From contig JAZDNO010000024.1 in assembly GCA_043799545.1 (NCBI GenBank), positions 1 to 32,711 on the forward strand: a stretch of 32,711 bases of DNA. Reading direction: 5' to 3'. Origin of the DNA: Methanobacteriota archaeon (GTDB lineage: Archaea; Thermoplasmatota; Thermoplasmata; SG8-5; DAIRED01). The translations under genes and the position numbers were made by a program. Shown in pieces: positions 17,921 to 26,763 of this stretch (position 1 is the stretch's first letter; the number at the start of each line of letters is the position of its first letter). The notes beneath the pieces are model-generated. The model saw nothing but the letters and a program-made list of their open reading frames with translations, made no database searches and was not told the DNA's origin.

Positions 17921-18214
17921 ATGGCGGTTGAAATCAAGCACGTTCCGGGAAAGAAGAAGAACTGCAAGGTCATGATATACGCGCTCAGTACCTGCGGGTG
18001 GTGCAAGAAGACGAAGCAGATGCTGAAGGACGGCGAGGTGGAATATTTCTACATAGACGTTGACCTGGTCACCGGGACCGAGGACAAGCGCAAGGTCGTC
18101 GAAGAGATGAAGAAGTGGAATCCGTTCAAGTCCTTCCCGACCATCGTCATCGACGACAAGGAGTGCATCATGGGCTTCGACGAGGAGAAGCTCCGAAAGG
18201 TGATTGATAAATGA
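17921..18214 (+). CDS. Glutaredoxin-like protein (methanoredoxin/NrdH-like), CGWC active site
   Basis: Motifs [13 protein letters not shown], NPxxSFPTIVI and GFDEEKL. Overlaps the next gene by ATGA. Confidence 0.9.
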   Translation: MAVEIKHVPGKKKNCKVMIYALSTCGWCKKTKQMLKDGEVEYFYIDVDLVTGTEDKRKVVEEMKKWNPFKSFPTIVIDDKECIMGFDEEKLRKVIDK

Positions 18215-18723
18215 GCGCGCCCGACGAGGCTGGAGTCCAGAATACCTACGACAAGCTCAAGCGCGAGGCCGAGGCCGGGGGATACCGGCTCAACCCGGAC
18301 GTGGAATTCACCAAGGAATTGATACGAGGACTGCTGGCGAACGAGGAGCGCCTGGGCTACTGGGCGTGCCCGTGCAGGCTCGCCTCGGGGGACAAGGCCG
18401 AGGACACGGACATCATATGCCCGTGCGACTACCGCGACCCGGACCTGTCGGATTTCGGCGCGTGCTACTGCGCCCTCTACGTTTCCGAAGCCATAGCCAG
18501 GGGCGAGAAGAATGCCGCCGCCATCCCGGAGCGCCGCATACCTCCGGAGGACAGGGTCGCCCCGGCCGCGCCATCGGCGGCGGGCCAAGCCTTCGGCGCC
18601 AAGCCGCTGTCCAAGCCAGTGTGGCGCTGCAAGGTTTGCGGGTACCTCTGCGCGCGCGACGGCCCGCCGGACGTCTGCCCGATATGCAAGGTCAAGAAGG
18701 AGAGGTTCGAGCGCTTTGCATAG
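18211..18723 (+). CDS. Ferredoxin:thioredoxin reductase catalytic-type protein with C-terminal rubredoxin-like domain (FDR-like)
   Basis: CPC...CPC...CYC FTR motif ([25 protein letters not shown]), a linker, then WRCKVCGY...PPDVCPIC. Confidence 0.92.
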   Translation: MSAPDEAGVQNTYDKLKREAEAGGYRLNPDVEFTKELIRGLLANEERLGYWACPCRLASGDKAEDTDIICPCDYRDPDLSDFGACYCALYVSEAIARGEKNAAAIPERRIPPEDRVAPAAPSAAGQAFGAKPLSKPVWRCKVCGYLCARDGPPDVCPICKVKKERFERFA

Positions 18724-18778
18724 TACTCAATCGTTAAATAGGGGCTCGGATATAGGTTTTAAAACCGAGTGAGGAAAC

Positions 18779-20080
18779 ATGATACGTTTTGGACCTGCTG
18801 GTATACCGCTCTCGTGCAAGGGAAGAACGCTCCGCGACGGCATCGAGGACGTCCACATTCTGGGGCTCAACGCGATGGAGGTACAGCTCGTCAGGACGAA
18901 CGTTATTGACCGGGTCGCCAGCGAGGAGGAGATAGGCTTCACGCCCCGGACCATTCCCGAGGAGCTCGTCGTCGAGATTCTCAGGGATTCCAAGAAGAAG
19001 GGCGAGCGGATTTTCGACCTCGACGAAAAGATACAGAAGGGGGACATCCTGCGCGTCATGGCGTCGGCGATTGCCAAGGACCACGAGCAGCTGAAGCGCC
19101 TCGGGGACCTGGCGCGCGACCTGGACGTGGGAATCTCCATGCACACTCCGTATTATATAGATTTGGTTAGCGACGACGACATCACACAGCGCAGCGTGGA
19201 CAGCGTGATATGGGGCGGCATGCTCACCCAGGAGCTGGGGGGCGGCATACTGGTCACGCACCTCGGGCTCTACGGCAATGTCGAGTCAGACGCCGCACTG
19301 GCCCGAGTCCGCAAGCACCTCGATGGCATCATGAAGATATTCAAGCAGAGCGGCATAACTGTGAAGCTCGGCATCGAGCCGAGCGGGCGCCAGGAGGTCG
19401 TGGGGAGCCTCGAGGAGATAATCGACCTCTGCGATGAGATCGACGGCGTCGTCCCGGTCCTCAACTTCCCCCACATCCACGCGCGCGGGAACGGGAGCCT
19501 CAAGGTTAAGGAGGATTTCCAGAAGCTCTTCGACACCGCGGCCAAGTATTACTCAGGCGAGTTCTACGCCCACTTCTCCGGCGTCGAACACGAGGAGGGG
19601 AACGAGATACGCTACACCCCCATCAAGAAGGGGGACCTCAAGTTCGAGCCTCTGGCCGAGTGCATCCTCGACAAGGGCTACGACATGACGATCATCTCCG
19701 GCTCCCCGCTTCTAGAGCACGATGCGATGTACATGAAGGTCATACTGGAACGCATCTTGGCACGAAGAAGGGCGAAGCCTGTGGCCAAGCCTACCCCGCC
19801 GAAACCTGCGCCGAAGGCGGCGGCGAAGGGCAAGAAGCCCGTCAAGCCGGTCCCTAAGAAGCCTGCCAAGCCGTCCAAGGAACCTGCTGGCAAGAAGCCA
19901 GCGGCAAAGCCGGTAAAGAAGGCGCCGTCCAAACCAGCGCCGAAGAAGGTCGCGCCAAAGAAGCCGGCTGCGAAGCCCAAGGCCAAACCCGCGCCGAAGA
20001 AGGTTGCGGCGAAGAAGCCGGCTGCGAAGCCCAAGGCCAAGCCGAAGAGCGCGCCCAAGAAGAAGCCTGGAAAGAGGTAG
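18779..20080 (+). CDS. Endonuclease IV/AP-endonuclease-like TIM-barrel protein with a ~100-aa Lys/Pro/Ala-rich (histone H1-like) C-terminal tail
   Basis: N-terminal IRFGPAGIP, plus SMHTPYYIDL, LVTHLG, GIEPSG, NFPHIHAR, YAHFSGVE, EIRYTPI and TIISGSP. The tail consists of KKPAAKP-type repeats. Confidence 0.8.
   Translation: MIRFGPAGIPLSCKGRTLRDGIEDVHILGLNAMEVQLVRTNVIDRVASEEEIGFTPRTIPEELVVEILRDSKKKGERIFDLDEKIQKGDILRVMASAIAKDHEQLKRLGDLARDLDVGISMHTPYYIDLVSDDDITQRSVDSVIWGGMLTQELGGGILVTHLGLYGNVESDAALARVRKHLDGIMKIFKQSGITVKLGIEPSGRQEVVGSLEEIIDLCDEIDGVVPVLNFPHIHARGNGSLKVKEDFQKLFDTAAKYYSGEFYAHFSGVEHEEGNEIRYTPIKKGDLKFEPLAECILDKGYDMTIISGSPLLEHDAMYMKVILERILARRRAKPVAKPTPPKPAPKAAAKGKKPVKPVPKKPAKPSKEPAGKKPAAKPVKKAPSKPAPKKVAPKKPAAKPKAKPAPKKVAAKKPAAKPKAKPKSAPKKKPGKR
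19937..20044 (+). repeat. Two tandem 54-bp coding repeats (APKKVA[P/A]KKPAAKPKAKP)
   Basis: Units at 19937-19990 and 19991-20044 are near-identical in DNA. Confidence 0.9.
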
Positions 20081-20087
20081 CGCAGCG

Positions 20088-20627
20088 ATGGACCCGGCGG
20101 CCGGTTACATTTTAAAAGAGGTCGGGTCGGCGCTCGACCGGATACCAGACAAATCGATCTCATCATGCATCGAGATGGTGATGAAAGCCAGGCGGACGTT
20201 CGTCTTCGGTGTCGGGCGCTCGGGGCTCGTCGGCCAGGCGTTCGCCGTGCGGCTGGTGCAGCTCGGCCTGGACGTGCATTTCGTGGGCGACACCACCACG
20301 CCCATCGTGCAGGAGAACGACCTCCTCATTGCGATATCGAACACCGGGGAGACGATGTCCGCCGTCCAGACCGCCAACATCGTGCGGAGGCTCGGGGCGT
20401 CTGTCATAGTCATCACGGGGCGGGAGAACTCCAAGCTCGCCCATGCGGCGAACCTCATCATCCTCGTCAGGGAGCCATCCGACAGAAGCAAGTCGAAGCA
20501 GGCGCCGCTGGGCACGATATTCGAGGACGGTGCGATGATATTCCTGGACGGCCTCATCCCTTTGCTCATGGGGAAGCTGAATCAGACGGAGAACGACATG
20601 CGGGGAAGGCACGCCATCTGGGTCTGA
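20088..20627 (+). CDS. hxlB: 6-phospho-3-hexuloisomerase (SIS domain)
   Basis: Start MDPAAGYIL at 20088. Motifs FVFGVGRSGLV..AFAVRLVQLG, VGDTTTP, AISNTGET and APLGTIFE. Confidence 0.85.
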   Translation: MDPAAGYILKEVGSALDRIPDKSISSCIEMVMKARRTFVFGVGRSGLVGQAFAVRLVQLGLDVHFVGDTTTPIVQENDLLIAISNTGETMSAVQTANIVRRLGASVIVITGRENSKLAHAANLIILVREPSDRSKSKQAPLGTIFEDGAMIFLDGLIPLLMGKLNQTENDMRGRHAIWV

Positions 20628-20751
20628 GTGCGAGCCGTCACGCGTGCGGAGGTCAACCTGCCGTCATCCGAACGATTTTGCCGCCGTTTGTAACAGGACC
20701 ACCCCGCAAACGATATATCCATTATGCCCATTCCGAGATTGAGGTCTCATA

Positions 20752-21816
20752 ATGACGCACAGGATAGCGCTCATAGGCTGCGGGACGGTCGGGATAGGTT
20801 TTCTGAAAATACTGAGGGACAAGGGTGAGCACCTCAGGGCCAGGTACGGCTTCGAGGCCAAGGTCGTGGCGGTCTCGGACAAGGTGAAGGGTGCCGTGAT
20901 GGCCGACGGCGGCCTGGACCTCAGGGCGTTCGTGGCGCACGTGGAATCGGGAAAGCCGATCGGCGAGTTCGACCCGAAGGCGGTTCACGGTCTGGACTCA
21001 GTCGAGACCATACGCCGGGCCAAGGCCAGCATCGTCGTGGAGGTCGCCTGGACGGACATAAAGACCGGCGAGCCGGCGGCCACGCACATCAGGGAGTCGT
21101 TCAAGGCCGGAGCGAACGTCGTGACCACGAACAAGGGGCCGGCGACGCTCTTCCACGGCGAGCTCACGGAGCTGGCCAAAGAGCACAACGTCTTGTGGAG
21201 GCACGAAGGCGTCGTGATGAGCGGGACGCCGGTTTTCGACCTGCTGGAGTTCTGCCTCGCCGGCAACGACGTCAAGGAGATCAAAGGCATCCTGAACGGC
21301 ACGACCAACTTCATCCTCACGAAGATGGAGGACGAGGGGATGGCCTACAAGGACGCGCTGGCGCTTGCGCAGAAGCTCGGCTACGCAGAGGCGGACCCGA
21401 CGGCGGACGTCGAGGGCTTCGACGCGCTCGCGAAGATTCTCGTGCTCTCTAACATCGTCCTGGGCGCGAACCTCAAGACCGACCAGGTCGCCCGCCATGG
21501 GATTTCAGCAATCACATTGGAAGACATCGCGAAGGCCAAGAAGGACGGAAAGCGCTACAAGCTCGTCGCAAGCGCGAAGCGCGAGGGCGGCAAGGTCGTC
21601 GCCCAGGTCGAGCCGGTCCAGCTCCCGCTGAGCGACCCGCTCGCCGGAGTGAGCGGGGCGATGAACGCCGTCACATTCACCACCGATTTATCCGGGCCAA
21701 TCACAATCCAGGGGCCTGGCGCTGGGCAGCTCGAGACGGGATTCGCCGTTCTAATCGACGCGCTGAACATACACAGAGCATGCCAGAGCAAAAAGCACGG
21801 ACGCCCCGGCAACTGA
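20752..21816 (+). CDS. hom: Homoserine dehydrogenase (no ACT domain)
   Basis: Rossmann GCGTVG, VVTTNKGP, GILNGTTNFIL, AQKLGYAEADPTADVEGFDA..K and GPGAG..ET. Confidence 0.93.
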   Translation: MTHRIALIGCGTVGIGFLKILRDKGEHLRARYGFEAKVVAVSDKVKGAVMADGGLDLRAFVAHVESGKPIGEFDPKAVHGLDSVETIRRAKASIVVEVAWTDIKTGEPAATHIRESFKAGANVVTTNKGPATLFHGELTELAKEHNVLWRHEGVVMSGTPVFDLLEFCLAGNDVKEIKGILNGTTNFILTKMEDEGMAYKDALALAQKLGYAEADPTADVEGFDALAKILVLSNIVLGANLKTDQVARHGISAITLEDIAKAKKDGKRYKLVASAKREGGKVVAQVEPVQLPLSDPLAGVSGAMNAVTFTTDLSGPITIQGPGAGQLETGFAVLIDALNIHRACQSKKHGRPGN

Positions 21817-21825
21817 GGGAGCTTG

Positions 21826-23604
21826 ATGTCCGGCGGCTACATGGGCAAGTGCATCGAGGTCGACCTGACCAAAGGCACTTCCGAGCCCATGGGGCTTGAC
21901 CGGTCGCGCCTTGAGAAGTGGGTCGGCGGCAAGGGGCTCGGCATTTCATTGCTATTGGAGATGGACCGCTCCGAGGACCCGCTGGACGCAGCCAATCCGC
22001 TCATTTTCCTCACGGGGCCGCTCACCGGTTCCGGAGTCCAGACCTCGGCGCGCTCCTGTCTGGTGACCCGCTCGCCCCTGACCGGTGGTTTCCTGGACTC
22101 GCACGCCGGTGGGCTCTTTGGCGCGTGGTTCAAGAGGACCGGGCACGACTACATGATCGTGAAGGGGGCTTCCAGCAAGCCAGTCTACATCCGCCTTGCG
22201 AAGGATGGGGCGGCGATCGAGGACGCCTCGGAACTCTGGGGCAAGGGCTGCATCGAGACCGAGGACATCCTGAAGGAAAAGCACAGCGGCGCCAAGGTCG
22301 CCGCCATCGGTCCAGCCGGAGAGAACAAGGTGCGCTTCGCCTGCATCACCGCCGATTACTCGCGCAACTACGGAAGGGGGGGCGCCGGCGCCGTCATGGG
22401 CTCTAAAAATCTCAAGGCGGTCGTCGTCCAGGGAAGCGAGCCGATAGGCTACCACGACCCGGCAAGGTTCAAGGCCCTCTCAGCGGAGATGGCGAAGAAC
22501 ATCGCGGAGCACCCGTCCAAGAAGCGCCGGTACGAGCTTGGCACGATGATGTGGGTGCGGATGGGCCAGGAAATCGGCGGCTTCCTTCCGACGAAGAATT
22601 TCAAGCACGGCCAGTGGGACGAGTACGAGAAGATTACCGCCGAGGCCACGGGCAAGGCGCTCGCTTGGGAGCACTGCGGCTGCTTCGGCTGCCGAATCCA
22701 ATGCTCCAAGCGGGCCAAGTGGGACGGCAAGATGATTGAGGGTCCAGAGTACGAAACGGCGGCATACCTGGGCTCTGGATGCCTCATCAACGACCCCAAG
22801 GCGATCGCAGAGGCCAACTGGCTCTGCAACGACCTCGGTCTCGACACGATATCGGCGGGGGTGACGATATCGTTCGCGATGGAAGCAGCCGAGAAAGGTT
22901 TGCTGGACAAGGAGGACAACGAATCGATAAGATGGGGCTCTCCGCAGGCTGTCTACGACCTGCTCGGCAAGATTGCCAGGCGGGATGGAATCGGCAACGT
23001 CCTCGCCGAGGGCACGCGCCGCGCCTCCGCGAAAATCGGAAAGGGGAGCGATTACTTCGCCATCCAGATTGCCGGGATGGAGCTCTCGGGGGTGAACCCG
23101 CTGGGGTCGTACTCCATGCTGCTCTCGCTCGCTACGGCCGACTTCGCCAGCCACACCCGGTTCTGGAGTTGCAGCGACGAGATGGCCAGCAAGCTGAAAA
23201 TCGATTCGTTGGCGAAATACATCGCGGACGGACAGGACGAGGTCTGCGCGCGCAACTCGCTCATAGTCTGCGACTTCCTCCCGTACGGATTCGCGGAGCT
23301 GGCGCCGTTCCTAGAAGCGGCGACGGGCTCGCCTGCGACGAAGGATTCGCTGCAGACCCTCGGCCAGCGGATTTCGGCGCTGGCCCGGCTGTACAACCTG
23401 CGGACCGGAAGGACGCACGCCGACGACCTGGCGATACCCGGCAGGTTCCTCAGCGAGGCGTCCGTTTCAGGCCTCATGAAAGGTCGGAAGGTCGCTCCGG
23501 AGACGTTCGAGCGCCACGTGGCGGAGATTTTCGAGGCTCGGGGCTGGGACGCCGAAGGCAGGCCGACCCAGGAGACGCTGGAGCGGCTGGGCATCGACGT
23601 TTAA
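21826..23604 (+). CDS. aor: Aldehyde:ferredoxin oxidoreductase family protein (W-pterin, 4Fe-4S)
   Basis: Motifs GGKGLG, NPLIFLTGPLTG, SPLTG, AIGPAGEN.VRFA.I, GRGGAGAVMGSKNLKA, CFGCRIQC, EGPEYET, GLDTISAG, VCDF and RGWD..G.PT.ETL..LG. ATG at 21826, after GAGGGAG. Confidence 0.93.
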   Translation: MSGGYMGKCIEVDLTKGTSEPMGLDRSRLEKWVGGKGLGISLLLEMDRSEDPLDAANPLIFLTGPLTGSGVQTSARSCLVTRSPLTGGFLDSHAGGLFGAWFKRTGHDYMIVKGASSKPVYIRLAKDGAAIEDASELWGKGCIETEDILKEKHSGAKVAAIGPAGENKVRFACITADYSRNYGRGGAGAVMGSKNLKAVVVQGSEPIGYHDPARFKALSAEMAKNIAEHPSKKRRYELGTMMWVRMGQEIGGFLPTKNFKHGQWDEYEKITAEATGKALAWEHCGCFGCRIQCSKRAKWDGKMIEGPEYETAAYLGSGCLINDPKAIAEANWLCNDLGLDTISAGVTISFAMEAAEKGLLDKEDNESIRWGSPQAVYDLLGKIARRDGIGNVLAEGTRRASAKIGKGSDYFAIQIAGMELSGVNPLGSYSMLLSLATADFASHTRFWSCSDEMASKLKIDSLAKYIADGQDEVCARNSLIVCDFLPYGFAELAPFLEAATGSPATKDSLQTLGQRISALARLYNLRTGRTHADDLAIPGRFLSEASVSGLMKGRKVAPETFERHVAEIFEARGWDAEGRPTQETLERLGIDV

Positions 23605-24863
23605 CGGTGGTGCAGCTTCGGCGCCGCGATGAAGCTCAAGCCATTCTCCGTGAGCGCCTTCGCCGTCACGTTGACTGACTCGTGCTTGTCCATGTAGTTC
23701 TGGGCGACGAGGGGCATGAGCCCGTCCTTCTCGATGTCCGCGCGCGTGGCGAAGTACTCCAGAATGTCGGACGGGTGCTTGCGGGACTGCTCCGTGGCTA
23801 TCTCCCCGCCCTCGTGCTTGGCACTGATGTTGGGGACCTTCCGCGCGACCTCGAGAAGCTCGCCGCGGCGGTTGTACGGCTGCCGTACGATGTGCTTCCA
23901 GGTCTCGGTGATGTGGTGCTCCAGCCTCACGTTGTCCGTGAAGCCGAACTTCCCCCGGATGCGGTCCGCTGCTTCGATGGTCCCGTTGTCGACCGAGTTC
24001 GATAGGTTGAACCCGATGAGCGGCGTGGTGCCGTCCGCCCTGCTCAGGAGCTTCGCTGTCATCAGGGTCCAGAAGATGGAGTACGGGTTGTCGTTCCCCA
24101 TGAATACGGATATCTTGAACTCTAGGTCCACTCCAGCTTTATAGAGCATGTACCCCAGTATGACCGTTCCCGGATTCACGTTCAAAACCTGTTTGACTCC
24201 GAAGTTGGTGTGGTAATACAGAAACTCGTCTATCCAGGCGAGCGCGTGGTCGTTGGGCTGGCCCACGCCGCCGAAGTACCCTGTGATGGTGTCCGGCCCG
24301 CCCAGGTGCACGTTCGAGCCGTCGGTGCCCTTGGTGTCCAGGGTCTCGCAGACGCTCGCCCCCATCATCGCCATCGCGGCCTGGACCGCCGCCAGGTCGC
24401 CGTCCGCCTCCTGCTCCTTCATCATCCTCACGCGGATGAACCGCCCAGGCATGAGCTCCCTTTTCTCGATTGCCTGGCGGGCCTCCTGCATCAGGAACGG
24501 GAAGTACTGGAGCGCGCTGATTTCGAGCGTGACTGGTTTGCTCTCGTCGAATTTCGTCTGAGGGTACTTCGCACCCAGAACGCTTTTTCTGTAGTCCCCG
24601 ACGGATACGAACGCGCCTTTTTCCATCTGCGCGGAAAGCCAATCCAGCCCCTTGACGTGCTCATCATGGCCGCCTTTCTTCAGGCTCGCCATCAGGCTCT
24701 CGATTCTGGCGGACTCGCGGTGCTTCCTGTTTATCTCCGCCACCCCGCCGTGCCTGTCGATTATCCGCTGGAGGCCGTTGGTGAGCGGGTTGTCCCCCGC
24801 CGCCAGAAAATCGTTCACTTCCATCATCCGCTTCTCCGGTATGCCGAACTTGTCATCGCCCAT
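23601..24863 (-). CDS. Uncharacterised 420-aa soluble protein (enzyme-like; I recall this family as conserved but unannotated)
   Basis: Long ORF with typical codon usage and an upstream GAGGGTGGAG RBS. Contains dense motif-like segments: TLEISALQYFP, MPGRFIRVR, ETLDTKGTDGSNVHLGG, GYFGGVGQPN, FKISVFMGNDN, EHHITET, SAKHEGG and YMDKH. Confidence 0.85.
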   Translation of the reverse strand: MGDDKFGIPEKRMMEVNDFLAAGDNPLTNGLQRIIDRHGGVAEINRKHRESARIESLMASLKKGGHDEHVKGLDWLSAQMEKGAFVSVGDYRKSVLGAKYPQTKFDESKPVTLEISALQYFPFLMQEARQAIEKRELMPGRFIRVRMMKEQEADGDLAAVQAAMAMMGASVCETLDTKGTDGSNVHLGGPDTITGYFGGVGQPNDHALAWIDEFLYYHTNFGVKQVLNVNPGTVILGYMLYKAGVDLEFKISVFMGNDNPYSIFWTLMTAKLLSRADGTTPLIGFNLSNSVDNGTIEAADRIRGKFGFTDNVRLEHHITETWKHIVRQPYNRRGELLEVARKVPNISAKHEGGEIATEQSRKHPSDILEYFATRADIEKDGLMPLVAQNYMDKHESVNVTAKALTENGLSFIAAPKLHHR

Positions 24864-24988
24864 GGCTCCACCCTCTCAAAACTACCGTCGAGAATATCGG
24901 GTCATCGTTATTAACCGTTTCGCCCCCGGCCAAAGCGCACTTTAAAATATCACGGTTCGATTTGGAAGCGACAGGAGAAGAAAGGCAC

Positions 24989-26149
24989 ATGCTCGGGACC
25001 GCGAAGAAGGCCGAGAGGTTGACGGGCCAGGCGGCCTTCAAGACCCTGGCCAGGGCGAGGGAGCTGGAGAGGAAGGGCGTCGACGTCCTCCACTTCGAAA
25101 TCGGCGAGCCAGACGGCCCGTCGCCCCCCCACGTAGTCGAGGCCGCGAAGAAGGCGCTCGACGGGGAGTACACCCATTACATCGCATCCTCCGGAATCCC
25201 AGAGCTGAGGGAGGCGGTGCGCGACGAGGTCGAGGCCGCCAGGGGTTTCCGCCCCGACATGGACCAGGTACTCATCACCCCCGGGGCGAACCCGATAATC
25301 TACTTCGCCGCATCGGTGCTGATGGAGCAAGACGACGAGGTCATCCTTCCCGACCCCGGTTTCATGTCCTACCAGTCGGTCTTCAACTACCTCGGCGTCC
25401 CGAAGCGCGGAATCAGGCTTCGGGAGGACAACAAATTCAGGATGAGCCCGGCGGACGTCGAAGCCGCGATATCACCGAAGACAAAGCTCATAGTCATGAA
25501 CTCGCCCCAGAACCCGACAGGCTCCGTGATGACCGGGGCGGAGGTCGAGGAGATGGCCGACATCGCCGAGCGGAGCGGCTCGTATCTGCTGAGCGACGAG
25601 ATTTACGGCAAGCTCACCTACGGGGTGAAGCACCACTCGCCCGCTGCCCGAGACGAATGCAAGGAGAGGACGATATTGCTGGATGGTTTCTCCAAGGCGT
25701 ACGCGATGACGGGCTGGCGGCTCGGATACTGCGTCGGGCCCAGGGACGTCATCGCCAAGATGGCCTTGCTCCTGGAAACGACTGTCTCGTGCACGACCTC
25801 GTTCGTCCAGAAGGGCGGCGTCGCGGCGCTGAAGGGCCCGCAGGATTCGGTCAGGGCGATGAGGGACCAGTTCCGGGAGCGCAGGGACGCCATCGTCGCG
25901 GGGCTGAACTCAGTGCCGAACGTGAGCTGCATCGTGCCGGACGGGGCATTCTACGCGTTCCCCAACATCACCAAGACGGGTATGACGAGCGAGCAGTTCT
26001 CCGAGCACCTCCTCAACGACCTGGGAATCGCCGCGCTGCCCGGAACGGCGTTCGGGCCCGGGGGCGAGGGGTACGTGAGGTTCTCGTACGCGACGTCGCT
26101 GGAATCGATAGAGAAGGCAATTGGGCGGATGAAAAAGGATTCCTTTTGA
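24989..26149 (+). CDS. aspC: Class I/II PLP-dependent aminotransferase (aspartate aminotransferase-like)
   Basis: Motifs FEIGEPD, ITPGA, NSPQNPTG, SDEIY, DGFSKAYAMTGWRLGY (PLP Lys), GAFYAF and GEGYVRFSYA. ATG at 24989. Confidence 0.9.
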   Translation: MLGTAKKAERLTGQAAFKTLARARELERKGVDVLHFEIGEPDGPSPPHVVEAAKKALDGEYTHYIASSGIPELREAVRDEVEAARGFRPDMDQVLITPGANPIIYFAASVLMEQDDEVILPDPGFMSYQSVFNYLGVPKRGIRLREDNKFRMSPADVEAAISPKTKLIVMNSPQNPTGSVMTGAEVEEMADIAERSGSYLLSDEIYGKLTYGVKHHSPAARDECKERTILLDGFSKAYAMTGWRLGYCVGPRDVIAKMALLLETTVSCTTSFVQKGGVAALKGPQDSVRAMRDQFRERRDAIVAGLNSVPNVSCIVPDGAFYAFPNITKTGMTSEQFSEHLLNDLGIAALPGTAFGPGGEGYVRFSYATSLESIEKAIGRMKKDSF

Positions 26150-26174
26150 GAGTCGCCTTTTACGTATGAAGAGT

Positions 26175-26741
26175 TCATTCGATATATATCCCAAACCTCG
26201 CCGGGACGTACCCGCCCGAATCGAGCCGGAACGCGCCGGCCTCCTCCTTCACCGGGTCGACGACCAAAGCGACGTGCCCGGCGCCGGAGAACATCGCGCG
26301 CTGCGTCGCAACGTCCGTCTCAGAGAGGAAGCAGCCGAAGCCAGGGTGGCTGTGGTACCATCCGATTACGACGTATTCGAAATCGACCTTAGCGAGCGAC
26401 GCCGCCAGCTCGTCCAGGCCTTCGCGCGAGAACCTGACGCCCACCAGGGTCGCGTCGAGCTGGGTGGTGACTGCCTTCCTCGCCAGCGCGTATTCCAACC
26501 CCAAGTCCCTCCGCATCTCGCCCAGCAAAAGCCCCATGACCTCCAGGCGCTCTCCCTTGTGGGCCACGGCGTGCTTCCTGAGCGCCTCCTCGGCGAGGCT
26601 GCTGAGGTAGAGGGCGCAAGGCTCCCCCTTCCGCGGACGGCACGGCTCTATGGACCAGGGATGGCTCAAGGCGGGTTTGGGCGGCGGAGAGTCCGCCACC
26701 TTCGCCTCCTCATGGCCGACTATGCGCGGCTTCGGGCTCAA
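26175..26741 (-). CDS. JAB/MPN+ (JAMM) metalloprotease, Rpn11-like
   Basis: Catalytic Glu in LEVMGLLLG and the JAMM motif IGWYHSHPGFGCFLSETD (HxH-x7-S-x2-D), followed by ALVVDP. Start reassigned to TTG 26741 (MSPKPRIV), 7 nt after GGAGG. Confidence 0.92.
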   Translation of the reverse strand: MSPKPRIVGHEEAKVADSPPPKPALSHPWSIEPCRPRKGEPCALYLSSLAEEALRKHAVAHKGERLEVMGLLLGEMRRDLGLEYALARKAVTTQLDATLVGVRFSREGLDELAASLAKVDFEYVVIGWYHSHPGFGCFLSETDVATQRAMFSGAGHVALVVDPVKEEAGAFRLDSGGYVPARFGIYIE

Positions 26742-26763
26742 CCGGATGCCTCCGATACGGCCA

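Noticed and set aside
19772-20080. Repeat array as a CRISPR or non-coding repeat
   Set aside because: The repeats are in-frame coding units without unique spacers. No CRISPR array or cas gene was seen anywhere in the window.
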